From NCBI GenBank assembly GCA_021776805.1, contig JAJFFD010000088.1, forward strand, positions 1 to 64,000: a DNA stretch of 64,000 bases, read 5' to 3'. Under the pieces are notes generated by a model. The model made no database searches. It was not told where the DNA came from and saw only the letters and a list, made by a program, of their open reading frames with translations. Below, piece by piece: positions 60,711-64,000 of this stretch; positions within the stretch are counted from its first letter, which is position 1; each line of letters opens with the position of its first letter. Position numbers and translations under genes: made by a program. The DNA is from Planctomycetota bacterium (GTDB lineage Bacteria > Planctomycetota > UBA1135 > UBA2386).

Positions 60711-61343
60711 ATGAGCCAGATACCCAAGAGCTTGCGCCGCCTCGAAGAGGAGCGAAATGAGGCTTTCTCCCGCAACCGGCCTGATCGCGCCGCGGCTGAG
60801 GCGGCAGTCCGAACGCTGCTAGCCTGGGCGGGCGACGACCCTGATCGAGAGGGTCTCCTCGAGACTCCGGCGCGAGTCGTGCGCTCATTCGAGGAGTTCT
60901 TTTCAGGGTACCGACAGAGCCCGATTGAGATCCTGGAGCGGACCTTCAAAGAAATCGGTGATTACGATGAAATGGTCACCTTGCGCGACATCATCCTGCA
61001 GTCCCACTGCGAGCATCACATGGTGCCCTTTACAGGGAAATGTCATCTCGCCTACCTGCCGGACAAGCGCATTGTCGGAATCAGCAAACTCGCCAGGCTG
61101 GTCGAAGTCTACGCCCGACGGCTCCAGATCCAGGAGAAGCTGACCGTCCAGATTGCTGATGCGATCAGCACCGTGCTGCAACCAAAAGGAGTCGCCGTCA
61201 TCGTCGAAGCCGAACACCACTGCATGACCGCCCGAGGTGTGCAGAAGCCAGGGACTGTGACAGTGACCAGCCATATGACTGGATCCTTTCGCAAGGACCC
61301 AGCGACGCGCCGTGAGTTCTTGGCGATGATTCGTGGATCTTGA
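60711..61343 (+). CDS. folE: GTP cyclohydrolase I
   Basis: FolE signature ([21 protein letters not shown]; ...[12 protein letters not shown]). Confidence 0.9.
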   Translation: MSQIPKSLRRLEEERNEAFSRNRPDRAAAEAAVRTLLAWAGDDPDREGLLETPARVVRSFEEFFSGYRQSPIEILERTFKEIGDYDEMVTLRDIILQSHCEHHMVPFTGKCHLAYLPDKRIVGISKLARLVEVYARRLQIQEKLTVQIADAISTVLQPKGVAVIVEAEHHCMTARGVQKPGTVTVTSHMTGSFRKDPATRREFLAMIRGS

Positions 61344-61372
61344 GCGCCCCTCCCGCTAGATCCAGAGTCTCG

Positions 61373-61957
61373 ATGCAGCAAACCCTGCTCTTACCCCTGA
61401 TTCTCATCCTGGCTACTGGCTTGTGCAGTTGTCTGAATCTACACACCGTTGAAGAAGGCAAGCTCTACCGATCTTCCCAACCCTCTGAGGAAGAACTCGA
61501 TGACATCCTCGCGGACAGGAAAATCCGCACTCTGCTGTTCTTGCGCATCGGTGGTGAGGGAAACCAGGGCTACGACACTAGTTCGAGCGCCGCTGAAGAT
61601 TCAGATGTCGAGTTCATCTGGCGTCGCATGTCCGCTCGTCGCTACCCCAGCGCCGAAGAGCTACTTGGGCTCTGGGAAACTTTCGAGAATGCCGAGTACC
61701 CCATGCTTCTGCATTGCCGCGGAGGATCCGATCGCTCTGGACTGGCCAGCGCGATCTACGTGCTCCAGAAGCACAACGACCTACAGGCCGCCAAGGATCA
61801 GCTCGTGTTCTGGCCGTACATGCATACCGGCTTCATTGGCACCTTCAAGCTCCGCCGCGTGCTCGACATGTACGAGCCCTATCATGGTGTGATCCCATTT
61901 CCCCGCTGGGTTCGCGACCACTACAACCCGCCGCCAAACCCTAGAACCAGACGCTGA
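61373..61957 (+). CDS. Lipoprotein with dual-specificity/tyrosine phosphatase-like CX5R domain
   Basis: Start at MQQTLLLPLILILATGLCSC. P-loop HCRGGSDRSG. 4-nt overlap with folE suggests co-transcription. Confidence 0.6.
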   Translation: MQQTLLLPLILILATGLCSCLNLHTVEEGKLYRSSQPSEEELDDILADRKIRTLLFLRIGGEGNQGYDTSSSAAEDSDVEFIWRRMSARRYPSAEELLGLWETFENAEYPMLLHCRGGSDRSGLASAIYVLQKHNDLQAAKDQLVFWPYMHTGFIGTFKLRRVLDMYEPYHGVIPFPRWVRDHYNPPPNPRTRR

Positions 61958-61964
61958 GGCAACC

Positions 61965-63056
61965 ATGCGATCTCGCATCTCTGTGATCCTGTTTTTGGCA
62001 TCTACATGCGGAGCGCAAGAACTCACAGCAGAAGCGGTGACTCGCTTTGCAAACCTCGCACTCGACTGTGTACACCTCGAATATCCCAACAAGATCTCGC
62101 ATGTCCTGCAGTCGGACAAGGATGCACAGCCCCCGCGCCAGTTGACTCCCGCCTTCTATGGCTGCTTCGACTGGCATTCTGCCGTGCACGGCCACTGGCT
62201 TCTGGTTCGTTTGCTACGCAGTTTTCCCGAGGCGGGCTTCGCGGCACGGGCTCGTGCCTCCCTGGGCAGCCATCTCACAGCAGAGAAGGTCGCGGGCGAA
62301 CTCGCCTACATTCAGGGCGAAGGTCGCGCTTCCTTCGAAAGACCCTATGGCCTCGCCTGGCTCCTCCAGCTGCAGGCTGAGCTCAGTGACTGGCAAGACC
62401 CACAGTCTCAGCAATGGGCCGAGGTCCTCGCTCCACTCGCCATCGAAGTTCGTCAGCGCTTTATTGCCTGGTTACCCAAGCTTTCCCATCCAATCCGAAC
62501 CGGTGAACACAGCCAGACTGCCTTCGCCATGGGTCTGGTTCTGGACTACGCCAGACTCCACAAGGACGAGGAATTGGAGAGCCTTCTACTCGCGCGCGCT
62601 CGGCAGTACTACCTCGAGGATCGCGCCTGCAATCTGAGCTTCGAACCTGGCGGGCAGGATTTTCTTTCCCCCTGCCTCGCCGAAGCAGACCTCATGCGGC
62701 GGGTTCTGTCTCCACCAGCCTTCGCCGCCTGGCTAGGAGCCTTCCTGCCCCAGATTAGCCAGGACGGCAGCACATCATGGCTAGAGCTGGCGGTAGTTAC
62801 CGACAAGACCGATGGCAAGCTCGTCCATCTCGATGGCCTCAATCTTTCTCGCGCCTGGATGCTCGAGGGGATTCTCTTCGGACTCCCAGTAGGAGACCCA
62901 AGAATAGAGGCAATTGCAGCGGTTGCCCGCCACCACCGGGAGGCTGGCCTCGCCGCGGTGAGCGACAGCAACTACGAGGGTGGCCACTGGCTGGGTTCCT
63001 TCGCTGTCTATCTGGTGACAGGCCGCGGCCTGGAAGTTGGAAAAGGTCCTCGCTAG
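61965..63056 (+). CDS. DUF2891 family secreted protein
   Basis: Signal peptide. Conserved DUF2891 block (FYGCFDWHSAVHGHWLLVRLL). Confidence 0.7.
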   Translation: MRSRISVILFLASTCGAQELTAEAVTRFANLALDCVHLEYPNKISHVLQSDKDAQPPRQLTPAFYGCFDWHSAVHGHWLLVRLLRSFPEAGFAARARASLGSHLTAEKVAGELAYIQGEGRASFERPYGLAWLLQLQAELSDWQDPQSQQWAEVLAPLAIEVRQRFIAWLPKLSHPIRTGEHSQTAFAMGLVLDYARLHKDEELESLLLARARQYYLEDRACNLSFEPGGQDFLSPCLAEADLMRRVLSPPAFAAWLGAFLPQISQDGSTSWLELAVVTDKTDGKLVHLDGLNLSRAWMLEGILFGLPVGDPRIEAIAAVARHHREAGLAAVSDSNYEGGHWLGSFAVYLVTGRGLEVGKGPR

Positions 63057-63255
63057 GACCGATCTTCGGCAAGCGGCATTCAGTCACAAGTGCTGGCGGC
63101 ACAGGCCTCCCGCGTCTAGGCCTGGCCTTCTCTGCTCGGATAGTCTCGCCAAGCGGTCAATTCCCGAGCTCTCGCCGGGTCTAGTTTCCGGCGTGGAGGT
63201 AGAATGGCCCAGCTCCGGAGATTCATAACTTCTCCCTCCCGAGCTCTCAGGATCC

Positions 63256-63513
63256 ATGCAAAGTCCAGAAGAGCAAGAAGTGCTGGCGAGCCTCTCAATC
63301 CTCTCGCCCCCCTCAGGGCGACCGGATGAGGATGGTCGCGTCCGTCTGCATCTGCGACAGACGAAGACGGGCAGATATCGCTGGTTTCACAAAGACGGCA
63401 GCCCAACCGTCGTCGCAGAGTCCTCGGTGGAGAACGCCCTCCGCGCCGCCAATTTTGCCTGGCGAACTTGGGACCTGCGTGTCGAGAAGGAACTCAAAAC
63501 CCCACAGGCCTGA
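63256..63513 (+). CDS. Hypothetical small protein
   Basis: 85-aa ORF, no recognisable motif. Confidence 0.25.
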   Translation: MQSPEEQEVLASLSILSPPSGRPDEDGRVRLHLRQTKTGRYRWFHKDGSPTVVAESSVENALRAANFAWRTWDLRVEKELKTPQA

Positions 63514-63550
63514 GCAGGGGCCGATTCCGTCAATGATTCACCATGCGTGA

Positions 63551-64000
63551 CTAACGCAGGCCGACTGCACCAGCAATGGCGTCGCTGACGATTACGCCTA
63601 GAGCGTTGGCACCCGGATCAACGATCAAGCCTTGGGCATAGAAACTCAACCCGCAAAGATCGTTGTTCAAGGGCACGTTCAGAGTCCAGTTCGCCTGCCC
63701 TCCGGGTGTGATCACCAGCGGAACGACACGATCCAGACTGACCAGTAAGTCGCAGCCTGGCATGCCCAGCCAGCCGAGATCGTCAGGCAGGAAGAAGCGC
63801 GTGTCGCCCCAGATTTCATTGGAGAAGCCCCACATGCCGACGGCGAAGCTGCCATTGGCGGTAGGAAGATTATCCAAGACCATGTTGAAGCCGTTCCCGA
63901 CCACCGGCCGCGAACCATTCAGGTTGCGCAGAGTTGGCGGCATGCCCACGGTGCCGGCACAACCAAGGCCATAGGGGAGGGAGCTGCCGTTGCACTGCCC
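63551..64000 (-). CDS. Hypothetical protein, C-terminal part only (gene continues past the window end)
   Basis: Open frame on the minus strand. The listed ORF starts at an internal M, but the gene probably extends beyond position 64000. Gly/Asn/Trp-rich, secreted-like composition. Confidence 0.35.
   Translation of the reverse strand, partial: GQCNGSSLPYGLGCAGTVGMPPTLRNLNGSRPVVGNGFNMVLDNLPTANGSFAVGMWGFSNEIWGDTRFFLPDDLGWLGMPGCDLLVSLDRVVPLVITPGGQANWTLNVPLNNDLCGLSFYAQGLIVDPGANALGVIVSDAIAGAVGLR

Overview
This is a 64 kb chromosomal window of high-GC DNA (roughly 60% GC), almost fully coding, with about 60 genes, many of which have 4-nt ATGA start/stop overlaps between neighbours. Several features point to a PVC-type lineage (Planctomycetota or Verrucomicrobiota-like): multiple ECF sigma / anti-sigma pairs, a BlaI/BlaR1-like (M56) module, a CRTAC1/ASPIC protein and a DUF2891 protein. 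That taxonomic guess is inference from gene content only.

Recognisable content, in order along the window:
- a TPP riboswitch followed by thiC;
- an ECF sigma / anti-sigma / HtrA protease / ChpT-like phosphotransferase operon;
- a second ECF sigma / zinc-finger anti-sigma pair with a secreted 589-aa protein;
- an NfeD-like protein with a flotillin;
- a BlaI repressor / M56 peptidase / highly repetitive coiled-coil lipoprotein operon;
- a CRTAC1-like protein with a GT39-like glycosyltransferase;
- a small AT-hook basic protein;
- an aldehyde dehydrogenase with a divergent AraC regulator;
- a class IV aminotransferase / sulfotransferase / CysQ cluster;
- two paralogous secreted amidohydrolases;
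- a flavin-oxidoreductase::polyferredoxin fusion, a TIGR04283-like glycosyltransferase and a DUF547 protein;
- an AlkD-like DNA glycosylase;
- a Ser/Thr kinase with TPR repeats;
- leuB;
- a hydroxyproline-type cluster (PLP dehydratase, OCD-family reductase, Cys/Thr proline-racemase-family enzyme);
- a nitrilase-superfamily hydrolase and a cyclophilin;
- a leuA-ilvE-leuC-leuD operon preceded by a candidate Leu-rich leader peptide and a terminator hairpin;
- lutABC;
- folE with a periplasmic phosphatase-like lipoprotein.

No CRISPR array, rRNA, tRNA or transposase was recognised.

The most novel-looking candidates are:
- the BlaI-M56-repetitive lipoprotein operon;
- the second ECF sigma / zf-HC2 anti-sigma module with its internally duplicated secreted protein;
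- the envelope-stress-like operon ending in a ChpT-like phosphotransferase;
- the arsenosugar-type glycosyltransferase module that lacks ArsS;
- the candidate leucine attenuator.

Coordinates follow the supplied ORF track. Start codons were adjusted by reading only; alternative starts (GTG/TTG) appear as M in the track.
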